Assembly (NCBI GenBank): GCA_031429035.1
Contig: JANOYU010000061.1
Span: 38,948 to 102,947, forward strand
Length of the DNA: 64,000 bases
Source: Methylophilaceae bacterium
GTDB taxonomy: Bacteria; Pseudomonadota; Gammaproteobacteria; Burkholderiales; Methylophilaceae
Direction: 5' to 3'
How positions within the stretch are numbered: position 1 is the stretch's first letter; each line of letters opens with the position of its first letter. Position numbers and translations under genes: made by a program. This document shows, in pieces, positions 54,311-64,000 of the stretch. The notes under the pieces were generated by a model, which did not search any database, was not told where the DNA came from, and was given only the letters and a program-made list of their open reading frames with translations.

Positions 54311-54921
54311 TGAACACTGTTTTGAATCAATTTAAAGCCTTATTTTTAGTTTTTACACTTGCCCTGACAACCAATATCCATGCGGCTTCCAGCGCAGCTG
54401 CTGCTACATTGCCAACTGTGGTTTTTGAAACATCCCAAGGTAATTTTACGGTAGAGCTTTACCCCGAAAAAGCGCCAAAGACAGTGGCAAATTTTTTACA
54501 ATATGTAAAAGATGGGTTTTATGAAAACACAATATTTCACCGCGTGATTAACCGCTTCATGATTCAAGGTGGTGGTTTTGAGCGTGACATGACAGAAAAA
54601 AGCACCCGTGCGCCGATTGTAAATGAAGCAGGTAACGGCTTACTAAACGATGTTGGCACCATTGCTATGGCGCGCACTGCAGACCCTGATTCTGCCACAG
54701 CACAATTTTTTGTTAACTTAAATGACAATCAGTTTTTAAACTTTACTGGGCCAGACCCAGAATCAATTGGTTATTGCGTGTTTGGCAAAGTCACCAGTGG
54801 CTTAGAAGTTGTACAAAAAATTGGTGTGGTACAAACCACTTTTATCGGAAGAAACGCTGATGTACCCGTTAAAGCCATCACCATCAAAAGCGTTAAATTA
54901 GTGGCCGAAGCCGCTAAGTAG
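54310..54921 (+). CDS. ppiA: Periplasmic cyclophilin-type peptidyl-prolyl isomerase
   Basis: Signal peptide; FHRVI..FMIQGGG, AMART..PDSATAQFFVN; ATG overlaps the upstream TAA. Confidence 0.9.
   Translation: MNTVLNQFKALFLVFTLALTTNIHAASSAAAATLPTVVFETSQGNFTVELYPEKAPKTVANFLQYVKDGFYENTIFHRVINRFMIQGGGFERDMTEKSTRAPIVNEAGNGLLNDVGTIAMARTADPDSATAQFFVNLNDNQFLNFTGPDPESIGYCVFGKVTSGLEVVQKIGVVQTTFIGRNADVPVKAITIKSVKLVAEAAK
54360..54396 (+). repeat. 37-bp dyad motif copy inside ppiA signal-peptide region
   Basis: tgccctgacaacc-aatatccatgc-ggcttccagcgca; encodes ALTTNIHAASSA. Confidence 0.8.
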
Positions 54922-54988
54922 CAGGCTTTTGGCTTTCAACTTTTCATTCAAAATTTAGTATTCAATTTTTAATATATAAGGATTTATT

Positions 54989-55480
54989 TTGGTCAAACTA
55001 TCTACCAATTTTGGCGATATCACACTTGAACTAGACGCAGAAAAAGCGCCGATTACGGTGGCTAATTTTTTGCAATATGTTGAAAGCGGCCATTATGATG
55101 GCGTAATTTTTCACCGTGTGATTGATGGCTTTATGATTCAAGGTGGTGGTTTTGACGCAGATATGAAGCAGAAAAAAACCAAGGCTGAAATTAAAAATGA
55201 AGCTGATAACGGCTTAAGTAACGATAAGTACACCGTTGCCATGGCGCGTACATCTATTCCAGATTCTGCCGGCAGCCAATTTTTTATTAACGGCACCGAT
55301 AACGATTTTTTAAATCACACCGGCAAAACATCTAGCGGCTGGGGTTATTGCGTGTTTGGCAAAGTGGTTGCAGGCATGGATGTGGTAGATAAAATAAGTA
55401 AAGTAAAAACTACCAGCAAAGCTGGTCACCGCGACGTACCTGCCGACGCTGTTATCATCGAAAAAGCTAGCGTAATATAA
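54989..55480 (+). CDS. ppiB: Cytoplasmic cyclophilin (TTG start)
   Basis: [24 protein letters not shown]; AAGGA RBS; upstream of lpxH. Confidence 0.95.
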   Translation: MVKLSTNFGDITLELDAEKAPITVANFLQYVESGHYDGVIFHRVIDGFMIQGGGFDADMKQKKTKAEIKNEADNGLSNDKYTVAMARTSIPDSAGSQFFINGTDNDFLNHTGKTSSGWGYCVFGKVVAGMDVVDKISKVKTTSKAGHRDVPADAVIIEKASVI

Positions 55481-55527
55481 TTTTAATATTGTCTAATTTT
55501 ATAATATTTAGCCTTTAAAATTTGGGC

Positions 55528-56295
55528 ATGAATCACAGCTTATTTATTTCTGATTTGCACTTATGTGACTCTCGGCCGAACATTACAACCGCGTTTATTC
55601 ATTTTTTAGAACATACCGCCAGCCAAGCCCAAGCGCTGTATATATTGGGCGATTTGTTTGAATATTGGGCTGGCGATGATGCTATTTCAAATAATATTAG
55701 TGAAACCAATGTTATCGAAACAGCTGTAATTAAATCAGGTGCCCTGCAGGCCAGTATCCACGCGCTCTCCAGCCTTGCCAAAACCACTCCAGTGTTTTTT
55801 ATGGCAGGAAACCGCGATTTTTTAATTGGTAACAAGTTTGAAAAAGCGACCGGCATTAAGATATTGCCAGACCCAAGCTTAATAATACTCTATGGCAAAC
55901 CTGTTTTACTAAGCCATGGCGATGCACTTTGTACTGACGACACTGCCTACCAAACTTTTCGTCAAGAAGTACGTAGCCCAGCCTGGCAAGCCCAATTTTT
56001 AAGCCAACCATTACAGCAACGTATTGATTATATTGAACAGCTGCGCGCAAAAAGCGAGCAAGCCAAATCGACTAAATCGATGCAAATTATGGATGTGAAT
56101 GAAGCTGCAGTTGCGAATTTACTTCAGCAGTATGATTACCCACCGTTATTTATTCATGGCCACACGCATCGGCCTCAAGCGCATGAATACTTGCTTGCAG
56201 GGCATGCCTGCAAACGCGTTGTGTTAGGTGATTGGTATGAGCAAGGTAGCTATTTGCGACTAGATGTAAACGGCTGCCATAGCCATACGTTGTAA
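55528..56295 (+). CDS. lpxH: UDP-2,3-diacylglucosamine diphosphatase
   Basis: FISDLHL, LGDLFE.W.GDD, GNRDFL, HGD, IHGHTHRP, VLGDW. Confidence 0.96.
   Translation: MNHSLFISDLHLCDSRPNITTAFIHFLEHTASQAQALYILGDLFEYWAGDDAISNNISETNVIETAVIKSGALQASIHALSSLAKTTPVFFMAGNRDFLIGNKFEKATGIKILPDPSLIILYGKPVLLSHGDALCTDDTAYQTFRQEVRSPAWQAQFLSQPLQQRIDYIEQLRAKSEQAKSTKSMQIMDVNEAAVANLLQQYDYPPLFIHGHTHRPQAHEYLLAGHACKRVVLGDWYEQGSYLRLDVNGCHSHTL
55740..55776 (+). repeat. 37-bp dyad motif copy inside lpxH
   Basis: tgccctgcaggcc-agtatccacgc-gctctccagcctt; encodes ALQASIHALSSL. Confidence 0.75.
56168..56204 (-). repeat. Second dyad motif copy inside lpxH (opposite orientation)
   Basis: atcggcctcaagc-gcatgaatact-tgcttgcagggca; encodes RPQAHEYLLAG. 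Confidence 0.65.
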
Positions 56296-56326
56296 CTGAA
56301 TCACCTTTTGCTAGCGCTGCTACAGC

Positions 56327-56599
56327 ATGATAAAAAAAATACTCATATGCACCAACCACCGCGCTAACCTAAACAACCCATCTTGCGCAGGGCGTGGCAG
56401 CCAACATATACGCGAAACGCTAAGCCAAGCGTTAGATAACAATGGGTTGAAAATTACGATTGAAGAATCGCCATGCATGGGCTTTTGTGATGTGGGCCCT
56501 AACCTGCGTTTAGTGCCAAATGGGCAGTTTTTTCATGAAGTTTCGGCAAATAAAATAGCTAGCATTGTAAAAGCTGCTAAAAAATTTAATGCCAATTAA
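56327..56599 (+). CDS. Thioredoxin-like (2Fe-2S) ferredoxin
   Basis: ICTN.R......SC..RGS, CMGFCDVGP. Confidence 0.88.
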   Translation: MIKKILICTNHRANLNNPSCAGRGSQHIRETLSQALDNNGLKITIEESPCMGFCDVGPNLRLVPNGQFFHEVSANKIASIVKAAKKFNAN

Positions 56600-56605
56600 A
56601 ACTAT

Positions 56606-58228
56606 TTAAGCTAGATAACCAGGAATATTGGCAATATTCACTTCATCTATTTGCTCTGGTTCTAAAAATTTTTCTGCATAGCGCAAATAAATTTCTTCAC
56701 TAATAAATAAATCAAAAATATCTGGGTCAATGTGGTTATCTAAACGCATTTTACCTAAAATTGCTAAGGTTTCAGACAGTGTTTTGGCCTTTTTATACGG
56801 CCTGTCTTTAGAAGTCAGCGCTTCAAAAATATCAGCAATACCCATCATGCGCGCAGGTATCGACATTTGCTCACGCGTTAGCCCTTTGGGGTAGCCTTTG
56901 CCATCCATGCGTTCGTGGTGGCCGCCAGCATACTCGGGCACACGGCGTAAATCTTTCGGGTAAGGCAGCGCTTCTAACATATTAATCGTTACCACAATGT
57001 GGTTATTAATGACTGCACGCTCTTCTGGCGTCAGCGTGCCGCGCTCAATTGTCAGGTTATAGGCTTCATTGTCAGTTAAAAATTTAACGCTTTGGCCAGA
57101 ATCATTTTTATATTCGTAATTGGCAATTTCCTTCACGCGTTGCATGTCTTCTGGCTTCATAAATTCAGTGCCAAAATTTACCTTACGAATAAAGTTTTTG
57201 TCATCGTCCAACTGTTTTTTTATCACATTCGTGTCATGGGTAATTTGTTTAATATTGGCGGGTTTACCACTCAATAATACTTTGTGCAAATAAGTGTTTT
57301 CGCGCTGTGTTTTCAGCAACTCAAACCGATGATCGACCAAATGAATGCGGTCAAAAATAGTTTCCAATTTAGTCGCTTTATCCATGACCGATTCTGGCGT
57401 AGTCACCTTACCGCAATCGTGTAACCAAGCGGCAATATTCAGTTCGTAAATCTCGGCTTCACTCATGGTGAAATCTTTTAAAGCGCCTGTTTCAGTGGCA
57501 ATCGCCGCTTTTGCCAACATCATGGTGAGTTCTGGCACGCGCTGACAATGGCCACCTGTATAGGGTGATTTTTCGTCAATGGCGTCGGCGATTAACTTAA
57601 TAAACGATTCAAATAAATGCTTTAAGCCAGCAATTAAGTTTTGATTGGTAAGCGCGACTGCCGCTTGCGAGGCAAGCGACTCTACTAAACGTTGGTGAGA
57701 ATCTGAAAATGCGATAATTTGTTTGGTCATTGGGTCAATGGCATTAATCAGTTGCAACACACCAATAATCTCATTTTCATGGTTTTTCATAGGCACCGTT
57801 AAAAATGATTTTGAGCGATAGCCCATTTTGTCATCAAATTTTTTGGTGCCAGAAAAATCAAAACCTTCAGTTAAATAAGCGTCGGCAATATTGACTGTGC
57901 TGGCATTCACCACGCTATAAGCCGCCACCATGTTGATGTTTGGCTTGCCATCATCAAGATAAATTGGTAGCGCTGGAAAGTTAATTTCTTGGCCAGTAGT
58001 GCCGCCCATTGCAATACCTAAGCTTTGCGTGCGCAAAATTTCAAACTTAAGTTTATTATCTTCGGTGACCAAATATAGCGTGCCGCCATCGGCATTGGTC
58101 AGCTCTTTTGCGCCCAACAATATCACCTCTAGCAAGCGGCGGCTGTCACGTTCTGCCGATAGTGCAACGCCTATCGAATTAAGACGATCTAGTTGATTTA
58201 ATAAATCGACAGATTGCATGGCACGCAC
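56606..58228 (-). CDS. GAF + HD-GYP phosphodiesterase
   Basis: GAF (ADGGTLY, KSFLTVPM, GVLQLIN); YTGGHC.RV, LHDCGK, HHERMDGKGYP, ADIFEALT..DRPYK. Confidence 0.92.
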   Translation of the reverse strand: MRAMQSVDLLNQLDRLNSIGVALSAERDSRRLLEVILLGAKELTNADGGTLYLVTEDNKLKFEILRTQSLGIAMGGTTGQEINFPALPIYLDDGKPNINMVAAYSVVNASTVNIADAYLTEGFDFSGTKKFDDKMGYRSKSFLTVPMKNHENEIIGVLQLINAIDPMTKQIIAFSDSHQRLVESLASQAAVALTNQNLIAGLKHLFESFIKLIADAIDEKSPYTGGHCQRVPELTMMLAKAAIATETGALKDFTMSEAEIYELNIAAWLHDCGKVTTPESVMDKATKLETIFDRIHLVDHRFELLKTQRENTYLHKVLLSGKPANIKQITHDTNVIKKQLDDDKNFIRKVNFGTEFMKPEDMQRVKEIANYEYKNDSGQSVKFLTDNEAYNLTIERGTLTPEERAVINNHIVVTINMLEALPYPKDLRRVPEYAGGHHERMDGKGYPKGLTREQMSIPARMMGIADIFEALTSKDRPYKKAKTLSETLAILGKMRLDNHIDPDIFDLFISEEIYLRYAEKFLEPEQIDEVNIANIPGYLA

Positions 58229-58237
58229 AACTTCTGG

Positions 58238-59044
58238 CTAAGCCAGAAAAAATTCCATTTTGATGCCAGACATATCAATCACATCGTGGTCATTTAGCGC
58301 TTGTGCTTGCAAGCCAATTTTTAGGCCATTCACTAAGGGCAAATTTTCGCCTTCTACATGGGTTATAAAATAACCATGTGGCCTTTTAGTCACCACTGCC
58401 ACTTGCATGCCAGGCTTGCCCAAGGTGGTCAGTGCTTTGTTAAGCAGCAGCTCACGCCCCGCATTGTTGCCAGTTAGCATCTGTAATTTACCGATTATTT
58501 CTTTATTTTCTGCTACTTCTATAGCCACAACAATAGAGTTATCTTCGGTGTTGTTTTGCGCAGCGCTAGTTGTATCAGCAGGCACAGTTTCAACCACTGC
58601 CGCAGCTGTTGCTTCAGCACTTTTTTCTTCAGCACTTATTTCACCAGCACTTATTTCATCAGTGGCTTTTTCGCTAGACACTGCTTCTAATAACTTCGCA
58701 GGTCGCATCACTACCGTGTTTTCGAATCCGGCTTGGTTAGCAGGCGTTTTGGCTTGCGCAGGATTAGTATATAACAACTGGTATTTTCCAAATTCAATCA
58801 CATCGTTGTGATGCAACACATGCTTTTTAACTGATTTATTATTCACCAAAGTACCGTTGGTGCTGTTTAAATCTTCTAAAAAAGAATCACTGCCGATGGT
58901 GGTAATGGCAGCGTGGTCGCCGCTAACAGCCAAATTATCAATGTGAATATCGTTTGCTGGACGGCGGCCAATGGTCGTACGCTCTTTATCCAGCGTAAAC
59001 TCCCCCAATATATTACCGTCTAGTGAAAATTGTAACTTTGCCAT
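58238..59044 (-). CDS. Tandem FHA-domain protein
   Basis: IGRR..NDI.IDNLAVSG.HA, DLNSTNGT.VN; second degenerate FHA at C-terminus. Confidence 0.9.
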   Translation of the reverse strand: MAKLQFSLDGNILGEFTLDKERTTIGRRPANDIHIDNLAVSGDHAAITTIGSDSFLEDLNSTNGTLVNNKSVKKHVLHHNDVIEFGKYQLLYTNPAQAKTPANQAGFENTVVMRPAKLLEAVSSEKATDEISAGEISAEEKSAEATAAAVVETVPADTTSAAQNNTEDNSIVVAIEVAENKEIIGKLQMLTGNNAGRELLLNKALTTLGKPGMQVAVVTKRPHGYFITHVEGENLPLVNGLKIGLQAQALNDHDVIDMSGIKMEFFLA

Positions 59045-59086
59045 AATTTGCCTTGTAAATTTGCGCGTTTATTTTTTTAATTTTGG

Positions 59087-59905
59087 TTAATGAGAATTAA
59101 CCTTTAATAAATTTTTTACCCATGTTTTTTCTGCCATAAACGACTTTTTTATTGTTGTTAATACCACTGAAATATTATCTGTACCGCCATGCTCGTTCGC
59201 CATCTCAATTAGCTTATTAGCCGCGTCGCTCATATTACCATTTGCTACTAAAATAATATTAGCTATCTCGACATCACTTAGCAAATCAGATAAACCGTCC
59301 GAACATAGTAAATAAATATCGTTTACCGCAACTGCAATTTCTTGCAAATCCAATTCCACTTCAGCATCTATGCCCAATGCTCGCGTCACTAAATTTCTAT
59401 TTTTTGAAACTTTAGCCTGCGCAACTGTCAACAAACCCGCATTAATTTGCTCTTGTACTAGTGAATGATCTTCGGTTAGTTGCGTCAGGGTCTCATCACG
59501 CAATCGGTACATACGCGAATCGCCAATATGACCTAATACCAATGTATTATTTGTAAAAATTCCTGCTACCAAGGTGGTGCCCATACCTGCGCATTCCGGG
59601 TGAGTTTGCGATATATCGTAAATGGCTGCATTGGTTTTTTCTACGGCACTTAACAACATTTGTGACTCTGGTAAAACGCCTGCTTTAGTGTTGCGTTTTT
59701 TATGTTGCATGGCGTCTGTCAATTCAGCCGCCACCATTAATACCGCAATTTCACTGGCAACCTCACCGGCCTTGTAGCCGCCCATACCATCTGCCAATAG
59801 CACTAAGCCTATCGATAAATCACTTGCAACTGAATCTTCGTTGTGCTCCCGCAACATGCCTACATTGCTGAGTCTAACCACCTCAATTGCATTACTAACA
59901 TCCAA
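59087..59905 (-). CDS. PP2C-family Ser/Thr phosphatase (Stp1/IreP type; TTG start)
   Basis: REHNED, ADGMGG, GMGTT, HIGDSR, LCSDGL, GGTDNIS. Confidence 0.94.
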   Translation of the reverse strand: MDVSNAIEVVRLSNVGMLREHNEDSVASDLSIGLVLLADGMGGYKAGEVASEIAVLMVAAELTDAMQHKKRNTKAGVLPESQMLLSAVEKTNAAIYDISQTHPECAGMGTTLVAGIFTNNTLVLGHIGDSRMYRLRDETLTQLTEDHSLVQEQINAGLLTVAQAKVSKNRNLVTRALGIDAEVELDLQEIAVAVNDIYLLCSDGLSDLLSDVEIANIILVANGNMSDAANKLIEMANEHGGTDNISVVLTTIKKSFMAEKTWVKNLLKVNSH

Positions 59906-59914
59906 AATAAATAC

Positions 59915-60412
59915 TCATTTATGTAGCTGTCTAAATTCTTGCGGCCGTGCAGCGGCGGCCACCTTATCTAACACGCCGTTAATATATTTATGTCCATCGG
60001 CCCCACCATATAGTTTAGCCAATTCAACACCTTCATTAATTGCCACGCGATACGGAATACTGGCATCAAACATGAGCTCAAAGCATGAAATACGCAAAAT
60101 GGCGTGCTCTACCGGACTTAGTTCTTCGATTTTTCTATCGATAAATACAGCAATTTGGCTATCTAACGCTTCAATTTTTTGTGTTACGCCCTCAAGCAGA
60201 GCCTTGAAATAAGCTTCATCAGCCTTAATGTACTCGGGGTCTTCTTGTGCATCTGCAATAATCTGTTTTAACTCGGAAGCATTTATCATGCCACGATAAA
60301 CCGCCTTCAACACTAACTCGCGCGATTTACGGCGATTTTGGCTGACTTTTGGTTTTTTTACTACTTTAATTTCTGCCGCAACAACTGGCTTGGCGTGTCC
60401 CGTATCAATCAT
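59915..60412 (-). CDS. nusB: Transcription antitermination factor NusB
   Basis: [30 protein letters not shown]. Confidence 0.96.
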   Translation of the reverse strand: MIDTGHAKPVVAAEIKVVKKPKVSQNRRKSRELVLKAVYRGMINASELKQIIADAQEDPEYIKADEAYFKALLEGVTQKIEALDSQIAVFIDRKIEELSPVEHAILRISCFELMFDASIPYRVAINEGVELAKLYGGADGHKYINGVLDKVAAAARPQEFRQLHK

Positions 60413-60879
60413 AATGCGCGCACCAAATTTGCCATTTCTACGGCCACTTGAGCAGCTTCTACGCCCTTGATATGCATGCGCGCAAGCGCTTGGTCGTCAT
60501 CTTCTGTGGTTAATACAGCATTTGCCACTGGCACGCCTGTATTCAGCTGAACCTCTGAAATGCCGCGTGCAGACTCGTTTGCAACCACTTCGAAGTGATA
60601 GGTTTCACCACGCACAATCGCACCCAAAGCGATTAAAGCATCATAGTTTTCGCTTAGCGCCATGTGTTGCAATATAAGCGGCGTTTCTAGCGCGCCTGGC
60701 ACGGTGGCAATACGAATATGGTCTTTATTAACGCCTAGTTTTAGTAGCTCTTCATAGCAAGCGTTAAGCAAACCATCGCCAATATTACTGTTAAAGCGCG
60801 ATAGCACAATGCCAATTTTTTTACCTGTGCCGTCTAAATTTTGTTTAATTTTGTTCAATTGAATCTCTGTATGTGCCAA
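60409..60879 (-). CDS. ribH: 6,7-dimethyl-8-ribityllumazine synthase (start uncertain, TTG)
   Basis: [24 protein letters not shown]. Confidence 0.95.
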   Translation of the reverse strand: MAHTEIQLNKIKQNLDGTGKKIGIVLSRFNSNIGDGLLNACYEELLKLGVNKDHIRIATVPGALETPLILQHMALSENYDALIALGAIVRGETYHFEVVANESARGISEVQLNTGVPVANAVLTTEDDDQALARMHIKGVEAAQVAVEMANLVRAL

Positions 60880-60938
60880 AAGTCGCTATTTTACACCATA
60901 TGGGCTGACACTTTTGTCAGTTTTGCCCACACATAAAT

Positions 60939-62600
60939 TTAAGAAAATAACGCCCAAGCTTTTTGAACGGTACTCCAAATGCCATAACTAATGGGAATAA
61001 GCACCGCTAACCAAGCCAACTTGACCAATAAAGTATTTTGCATGTCGCCTGTATTGCTGGCCACGTTGGCTTGAATTGTTTTTTCATGGCCCACTTTGCG
61101 CACTTCATCTAACTCGACATCGCTCATAAAATATTTATCTGCCACCGGTTTTACTAGCATATTGGCGATAAACCCCACCACCATTAAACCTGCCAATACA
61201 ACAAAAATAGGCGCATACACTTGGTCAAATGGCACGCCTTTTTCTAAGCGTGTATCGTGCATGTAATTTACCACCACTGGGCCTAAAATACCCGCAGTTG
61301 ACCATGCCGTAAGCAAACGACCATGAATGGCGCCGACAAACTGCGTGCCAAACATATCGGCCAAATAAGCGGGAATAGTGGCAAAGCCGCCGCCGTACAT
61401 AGAGGCAATGACTGCAAAGCAGCCCACAAACAAAGCGAGTGATTTAAAGCCAGCCACATAACTGGCCGCGCAATACATCAGTGCGCCCAAAATAAAGAAA
61501 ATATAATAAGTACGCTTGCGGCCTAATTTGTCAGATGAAGTAGCCCAAGCAAAACGGCCAAAAATATTAAATAATGAAATTAAGCCAACAAAACCTGCAC
61601 CCACTGCAGCCGCGGCGGCTGTCATGGTTTCATCTTTTTTAATATCTGCGAATGCGACTTCTGGCTGGCCTATTAGCGCACCACCAAAAGTTTCTTGCAA
61701 CATAGGCGCAGCAGCGCCAATAATGCCAATACCTGCAGAAACATTCATGCACAATACAATCCACAGCAACCAAAATTGTGGTGTTTTATGTGCATTTTTT
61801 AAATGCACATGGCGCGTGGCTATCATGGTATTTTTTGCTGTTGCGGGCGGCGTCCAGTTGGCAGGTTTCCAGCCCACTGCAGGCACACGGTAGCCCAGCG
61901 CGCCGCACAACATAAATACGGCATAAATGGCTGCCAATACCACAAAGGTTTGCCAAACACCCACGTTGCCAGGCGATCCAAAATAGCTCATCAGTTTTGT
62001 TGCCAGTGGCGAACCTATCATGGCGCCGCCGCCAAAACCCATAATCGCCAGGCCTGTTGCCATGCCGCGCCTATCGGGAAACCATTTAATCAATGTAGAA
62101 ACAGGTGAAATATAGCCCAAACCTAAGCCAATGCCGCCTAGCACTCCGCTGCCCAGCCACATCAACCACAATTGGTGCGCATACACCCCATATGCCGAAA
62201 TCAGCAAACCACCACACCAACACAGCATTGATACCAAGCCCGCTTTGCGCGGACCTTCGCGCTCTAGCCAACCACCCCATAAGGCTGCGGAGCAACCCAA
62301 CAGCACAAAAAATAGCGTGTACATCCAACCCAAATCAAACTGCGTCCAATTGCAATCGGTGGCGGTTAAGGCGCGCATGGTGCCAGATAACTTTTCGCCA
62401 AAAGTCGTTGCGCCAGCAGCGCATGCGGCTAAAGGTTTATTATCTGAACCCATTAAAGCATTGCCAAGCGGCTTCCAAAACACACTAAAACCATACGCCA
62501 TACCAATAGATAAATGAATTGCTAATGCAGCTGGCGGCACCAACCAGCGATTAAAATTTGGCTGTGCGGTGATGTATTCTTTAGATAAAAAACTGGCCAT
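60939..62600 (-). CDS. OFA (oxalate/formate antiporter) family MFS transporter
   Basis: NRWLVPPAALAIHL.IG.AY, GYISPVSTLIKWFPDRRGMATG, YGGGFATIPAYLAD.FG. Confidence 0.9.
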   Translation of the reverse strand: MASFLSKEYITAQPNFNRWLVPPAALAIHLSIGMAYGFSVFWKPLGNALMGSDNKPLAACAAGATTFGEKLSGTMRALTATDCNWTQFDLGWMYTLFFVLLGCSAALWGGWLEREGPRKAGLVSMLCWCGGLLISAYGVYAHQLWLMWLGSGVLGGIGLGLGYISPVSTLIKWFPDRRGMATGLAIMGFGGGAMIGSPLATKLMSYFGSPGNVGVWQTFVVLAAIYAVFMLCGALGYRVPAVGWKPANWTPPATAKNTMIATRHVHLKNAHKTPQFWLLWIVLCMNVSAGIGIIGAAAPMLQETFGGALIGQPEVAFADIKKDETMTAAAAAVGAGFVGLISLFNIFGRFAWATSSDKLGRKRTYYIFFILGALMYCAASYVAGFKSLALFVGCFAVIASMYGGGFATIPAYLADMFGTQFVGAIHGRLLTAWSTAGILGPVVVNYMHDTRLEKGVPFDQVYAPIFVVLAGLMVVGFIANMLVKPVADKYFMSDVELDEVRKVGHEKTIQANVASNTGDMQNTLLVKLAWLAVLIPISYGIWSTVQKAWALFS

Positions 62601-62769
62601 GCTTGCTCCAAAATTAATTTGTGTTTTTTAGAATGCCTGCTATATAGCATAGTGTTATAAAACGCAAAAAATGGCAATTATCTATGCCAAAATATTATTC
62701 AACTTATTTAACTGTCAGGTGAAATTTATACATTAAATCGTCATTAATACACAATAAAATATAGAAAAT

Positions 62770-62787
62770 TTGTCATCAATGTGTCAT
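62770..62787 (+). promoter_or_regulatory. Pho box upstream of phoB
   Basis: TTGTCAT-CAAT-GTGTCAT, 7-bp direct repeats with 11-bp period matching CTGTCAT-N4-CTGTCAY. Confidence 0.8.
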
Positions 62788-62835
62788 ATTAAAGCCACAA
62801 AATTTACACACGTTAAACAAACAACTGAGTAAACC

Positions 62836-63531
62836 ATGCCAGCTAATATTTTAGTCATTGAAGATGAACCCGCCATTCAAGAGTTATTGGCATTAAACAT
62901 TACGCAGGCAGGCCATAATGCCATACGCGCGCTAAGTGTAGAACACGCGCAAGAATTATTACGTAGCACACTGCCAGACCTTATTTTGCTTGATTGGATG
63001 CTACCTGGCATGAGCGGTATTGAATACGCGAGGCGTTTAAAATCAGAGGCACTAACCAAAGCGATTCCCATTATTATGCTTACCGCACGCAGCGATGAGT
63101 TCGACAAGGTACGCGGCTTAGAAGTGGGCGCAGACGATTACGTGACCAAGCCATTTAGCCCGCGCGAGCTAAATGCGCGCATTAAAGCAGTGCTGCGCCG
63201 GCGTGCACCACAAATGACCGATGACCCAATAGAAATAGCTGGCTTATTGCTAGACCCTAGCACGCACCGTGTAACTGGTAATAACGCCACAATTGACCTT
63301 GGCCCAACTGAGTTTAGATTGCTACATTATTTTATGAGCAATGCCGAGCGTGTGCATTCACGTAGCCAGTTATTAGATAAAGTATGGGGCGACCGCGTAT
63401 TTGTAGAAGACCGCACGGTGGATGTGCATATTCGCAGGCTGCGTAATAGCTTGGCGGTATCAAATCATCAAGATTTAATTCAAACCGTGCGCGGCTCTGG
63501 TTATCGCTTATCTGCCGTAAAAGAAAGTTAA
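62836..63531 (+). CDS. phoB: Phosphate regulon response regulator PhoB
   Basis: LLDWMLPG, GADDYVTKPFSPREL, GPTEFRLL, EDRTVDVHIRRLR, QTVRGSGYR. Confidence 0.96.
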   Translation: MPANILVIEDEPAIQELLALNITQAGHNAIRALSVEHAQELLRSTLPDLILLDWMLPGMSGIEYARRLKSEALTKAIPIIMLTARSDEFDKVRGLEVGADDYVTKPFSPRELNARIKAVLRRRAPQMTDDPIEIAGLLLDPSTHRVTGNNATIDLGPTEFRLLHYFMSNAERVHSRSQLLDKVWGDRVFVEDRTVDVHIRRLRNSLAVSNHQDLIQTVRGSGYRLSAVKES

Positions 63532-63595
63532 GCCTATAGGCCAAGTGCCATAAAGCTGGCTATAATTAGGCACATTTTAATTCAGAGCTAAATGT

Positions 63596-64000
63596 GTGCT
63601 AGATATTCGGTGGAAAGCTGGCTTATTTATATTTGCACTGTGCGCTATTAGTGCATTTGTGTGGCTGCTTAGCAGCTTTCAGCATGCGCTGATAGTCTTC
63701 ATTATTGGCTTACTGATTTACTTAGCGCGCCATGTTTTTTGGTTGCACCAATTACAAGTTTGGTTTAAAAATCCCACAATCAATCTGGTGCCTGAAGGTA
63801 CTGGCGCCTGGCAAGATATATTCACTACTTTACTGCAATACGCCCGCAGCAACGCTAGCAACCAAGCCCAGCTTGGGTTCGCGCTAGAGCGCTTTAATCT
63901 GACTGCCAACGCCATACCTGATGGTTTGGTGATTTTGGGCAGCAGCAACCAAATAGAATGGTGCACGCCACGTGCCGAAAATCAGCTGGGTTTAGATTTT
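63596..64000 (+). CDS. phoR: Phosphate regulon sensor kinase PhoR (5' part, truncated by window end)
   Basis: Manual translation from GTG 63596: MLDIRWK...two TM...PEGTGAWQDIF...ANAIPDGLVIL...IEWC (PAS); follows phoB; absent from the ORF track because it has no stop in the window. Confidence 0.9.
   Translation, partial: MLDIRWKAGLFIFALCAISAFVWLLSSFQHALIVFIIGLLIYLARHVFWLHQLQVWFKNPTINLVPEGTGAWQDIFTTLLQYARSNASNQAQLGFALERFNLTANAIPDGLVILGSSNQIEWCTPRAENQLGLDF

Noticed and set aside
60880-60938. FMN riboswitch upstream of ribH
   Set aside because: The spacer is only 59 nt and lacks RFN conserved segments; only a small hairpin is present.

Overview
A roughly 43% GC (estimated by eye) core-chromosome segment of a betaproteobacterium; protein style and gene order most resemble Methylophilaceae such as Methylotenera (inference). 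It carries about 65 mostly housekeeping genes: lptE-holA-proA-nadD, bioBFHCD/comF, trmL, rhodanese-grxC-secB-gpsA, gpmI-envC, clpB, a DUF2946/TonB-receptor/BNR cluster, murJ-ribF-ileS-lspA, rpsT, rplU-rpmA-obgE-proB-purEK, ispB, pilD-coaE-zapD-yacG, argJ, cysS, ppiA/B-lpxH, ribH-nusB-PP2C-FHA-HD-GYP and phoBR. I found no rRNA, tRNA, CRISPR array, transposase or prophage. The most unusual signal is a dispersed 37-bp dyad motif (13-bp arms TGCCCTRCAAGCC / GGCTTGYAGGGCA around an asymmetric 11-bp core ~AATATCCATGC). About 18 copies are visible: 5 intergenic and about 13 inside protein-coding genes, in several reading frames and both orientations. Other points of interest are a 105-bp palindromic element inserted in frame in ileS, dRS3-like ATTCCC-N8-GGGAAT repeats, a CruR-like copper uORF with a QAPP arrest-motif variant, a histone-H1-like tail on S20, and single in-frame TAA stops in eptA and proB.
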